NCBI RefSeq assembly: GCF_036321535.1
Contig: NC_087438.1
Coordinates: 5,706,001-5,770,000, forward strand
DNA: 64,000 bases
Direction of reading: 5' to 3'
Source of the DNA: Camelus dromedarius
Lineage: Eukaryota
The notes below the pieces were generated by a model that did no database searches, was not told the origin of the DNA, and saw nothing but the letters and a program-made list of their open reading frames with translations. Positions 60,271 through 64,000 of this stretch are shown one piece after another (within the stretch, counting starts at the first letter, position 1; the number at the start of each line of letters is the position of its first letter). Both the position numbers and the translations under genes were made by a program.

Positions 60271-63200
60271 ATTGCACTTTTCTCAGCATTAGAATACAAA
60301 TATTGCTATATTTTATAAGACAAATGATCTTTTGTGTTGTCTCATCTCCAATGTTAGGCTTTCCTATATCAAAATGGAACTGTTTGATTGGATCTTAATG
60401 CATTTAAAATAATGTCAATAATAAACACCCTTGGGTCTAAAAGATAAAGGGTTTTCTTTTTTTGTTAGTGACCCACTAATTGCCAAAACGGATAACAGGA
60501 TAAATTACTTTATCAATCAGTTAAAAAATCCATATGCTTTAGAATTGGGACCTGAGATTCTTTCCAAGAGGAGGTTCTAAAAATAGCTTGAGGCAATTCC
60601 AGTTTCAATGGAATTACAAAAAATCTAAAAGCAAACACATTTGTCAAATTTAAAAGAAGTGAAAAAATTATTCATTTCAAATCTGGCAAAAATCATTGCC
60701 AAAAAACAAGTGCAAAGATAATTCTCTCTAAAAATGACTGGGCCTTACTTTTTCAGATATTTATAAATATTCTAAAGTAATGTCACCAAAAAATAATTTG
60801 GAATACTTAAGAGAAGAATACTTAATAGCCTGACTCCACAAAGAAGCGTTTCTGAGCTCCTCTTTGCTTTCCAATCATCTGGGCTTCAGCTGAAACTTCA
60901 AGGTCTGGACTGTTTTCCTGGGGGGTGTGCCATTTCTCCAAAAGGAAGAAACACATGTATTTTACTAAAATATGGTAGCCTTCATAAAAAGGCATACAAA
61001 AACAGGATGAAAATAAATTTAGGGGCACTTTTTCAAATGAGAAGAGTCAAGTTCATGAGTATGTCTTGACCTGCATCTTTCTTACATACATGCCTTCAGT
61101 GCCACGTGCTCCGCTCTTTGCATCTAGTGGAGCTGTGTGTAGGGACCGGAACATCAGGTGGTCACCTCCAAACTTTAATGATGTCTGAGTGTCACCTCCC
61201 TGGAAGTTTACATTATGTTCCAGATATCTCCCTTTATAATCTGCTGACTTGGTCAAAAATTGTATTAGAAGTGAAAAGTCAGAGTTTAATACTCTATAAC
61301 TTTGCACATTAAACTTGACTATTAACTTCTCTACGACTGAATTTTATTTGTGATGATTTAGGAGGACAGCTTTGTTATGTCCTGGAAGTTAGGTAAACTT
61401 ATAAAAGAGAGACAACTTCTATGACTCTTGTGCCAAATTTTAACTTGAAGAGGAATAAGAATCCAGGAAACAAAAGATCATCCACCTGTATGCTACTGAA
61501 AGATTCATACCCTCAATTCCCAATGATCCAGGAGACAGAATTTAATCATATTCCTGAAAGAGTGATATATTTCATGCGTGGAGTGTGTGCGCCTTAAATT
61601 TTAATAAGCTTGCTCACATATTACTGCAAGAGGCTTTAAAAAGTTTTTTTTTTCCCATCAACTCATAGTGTAGGATAATATGTAATTTTTTTCCATTTAT
61701 AAAGCTTTGGTTTATCTTTTTACCTTGTTTTCCATAAAAATAATATACTTAGATAGACTTTATGATTTGGCCAGTTTTAAGAGCATAATATACTTGAAAC
61801 TTTTCAAGCCTATTAGAAAAGTGTACTAGTTACATAATACTCCTTTTACTTCAAATACGCTTGCATTTTCTCTTATTTTATCCAATAAAAATCCTTAAAA
61901 TAACATAGTTCAACCACTAAAGTTTACATACAGTATAGTTAAGAAAATGGATTTATGTAATGTTTTTCTTCCAAGAATCTTCAGTGTGTCACACATGTCT
62001 ATACATACATTTTCAGGACCCATTTCTTTACCAGGGGTTTTTGAAAATTTACCTAATGTGTAGATTGTACGATCTGCAAAGTGTAGAACGTCAAGACACT
62101 CAACAAACTTCATGGCATGTCAAATCGGGGAAATTTTCACCTAGTGATTTTATCAGCTGAAAAGTAATGCGTATAAAAAAAGTACAATAAAATCAACTCA
62201 CACAAGTACTATAGCTGTGAATACATCACTTACAGTGCTGAAAATTGTGGAAAATAATCCAGGCCTCTTTGGCAGTATTTTAAGATGGATGACTTTCTTT
62301 ACCGTTCTGTAAATATACACAAGGGATGGTCTGATGAAAACATAACTAGTGAGAAAACAAACAGGTTAAAAGTAACACGAAACAGAAATCACCGTTGAGA
62401 ATCCTATTATCTTGGCTAGCTATTCTTTACCTTAAAGAGTGTGCTTTGTAATGTTAGAAAATGTCACATAATGCATATGGTTATAGCTCTGAAATGAACA
62501 GGATCCATTTTTCAAAGCCTGACACAGTGATTTGGATGCAAATTGAGTGGAGTTAAATATAGAAGAAATTGCTCCAGTGCAATTCAGAAATTAGATCTTT
62601 TCCTTCCATTTACCTGTGGCAGTTACTACATGAGGAAGGTTAGCCCTGGGGAGGAATCCTAAACCCTCAGAAACAAATAATAGGTGCTCCAGACGGACTA
62701 CAATGTGCTTACCTTGCGTGGCTGGTGATTATCCCTTGTATTCACTACGCCACATGACTTCAGGATCTAGTTAAGATTCAACAGTAATTGGTTTCCTGTC
62801 CTACCTTCAAATATCTAAAGCCTTATTCATAATTTGCTTTGCAGACACTTCCTTTAATCTCTTCTTCTGATAAAGTATTTCAGTTCAAATGTAAACTACG
62901 AAGTGCTTACTTGACGAGAATCATAAAAACAAGTATAATTCAGGGATGATATGAAAATTTCCTGGCTCTGTCCATCTCTGAATATCATCAATGTAAAGAA
63001 CACATATGACTACACATAAATAAAATTCACAGGGCACTGTCCTTTTGAGACTTTTAGAACAGAAAATGAGTACTTCTTGTCTATGACAGTCTTGGTCTGT
63101 GCTATTAAACACATGTCAAAACCTGACTTAATTAAGTAATTTTTATGAAGATAGGGTAAGCAGTCTGCCTAACTGCTTACATATTGTCACTCTACCAATC

Positions 63201-63484
63201 AGTCAAGACAAGTAACAAAATCATATGTACCTGAATTAAATTACCTTCTTTTTTAAAAAAGTCTCTTTCCCTAAGTAACGTGGCAAAGATAGGCTCTCAG
63301 TTATCAAATGATGCTATTAAGAGACAGCATATAATATTTATTAGGGTTTTTACCTTACTAGCTAGAATCAGTTCAGAAAGAGTTATTTCTGGCCAATGTC
63401 AGTGCAGACAGCGTTGTTTAGGACAAATGTTAGTGCAGGTAAGATTGCTCTGACCTTATTCGGGAACCTTGTGTCGGTCAGGAG

Positions 63485-63817
63485 AAATCTGGCTAGGCTG
63501 TTGTAGTCAACAATGTTCAAATCTAAGTGTCCTAAAACCACAGTAGTTTATCTTTTGTTTGGAGTGGACCACTGTGTGTTAGGTGAGTTCCCTGACCTCT
63601 GCTGTCCTCACGCCCTGCAGCTGACGAAGCCTCCACCACGGGAGCTGGAATGAGCCCTGACAACCGGAGGCTTGCTCGTAGGGGTGGCAGGCCACTTCTG
63701 CTCACGTTTGGCTGCTCAAAGCAAGTGACACCCAGTTCCTGGTCCCAGAAAGGAGGGCGACTCTTTTTAGAAGGAGGAGAACTTAGGATACTGGTAACAG
63801 CGATGATGACTGCTACA
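63485..63817 (-). mobile_element. MLT1I/J-like (ERVL-MaLR) solo LTR
   Basis: 'AAATCTAAGTGTCCTAAAACCACA...GTTTATCT', 'CACTTCTGCTCAC...AAAGCAAGTGACA' and terminus 'GACTGCTACA'. Confidence 0.68.
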
Positions 63818-64000
63818 CCGCTGAGTAAAGTATCAGGGGAGAAGCTTTATCGATAATTCAGGTCCAGGAAAATCTTTGATTTCCACCCCCTCCCTCGTAG
63901 AACTAGGAGCATCTTTTTTCTCTCTAGTAATGGGAATAATTTAAGTCGTCCCTTTCTCCTCTTTTTAAAAATTTATTTTCCAGTAAACCCAGTCTTGAAG

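Overview
Mammalian (eutherian) nuclear DNA, intergenic or deep-intronic. I found no protein-coding gene, tRNA, rRNA or other RNA gene that I can recognise. All ORFs in the track are short, have no recognisable product, or are by-products of repeats and GC-rich sequence. Much of the window is old interspersed repeats: Tigger1, MER2B/Tigger2-type MITEs, Zaphod/MER115 hAT, MER5A, MaLR LTRs (MLT1A0/B/G-H/I-J), ERVL and ERV1 solo LTRs (MER73/54-like, MER41-like, MER90a, MER50-like), L1 fragments, L2, L3 and MIR. Two L1 3' ends are of the Cetartiodactyla type, and I saw no Bov-tA/BovB, PRE-1, CHR, Alu or Can-SINE, which tentatively points to a camelid. The main non-repeat features are an orphan CpG island at about 30.87-31.48 kb, a weaker GC-rich patch at about 34.7-35.35 kb, several enhancer-like unique segments and a few exon-like splice-site pairs. 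Repeat family names come from my recall of consensus sequences, not from a database search, and most boundaries are approximate. I cannot support a claim of a new biological system. The best leads are the orphan CpG island, a possible unannotated minus-strand long transcript with a recursive-splice-like site, local GC-biased substitution clusters and a D-box motif cluster.
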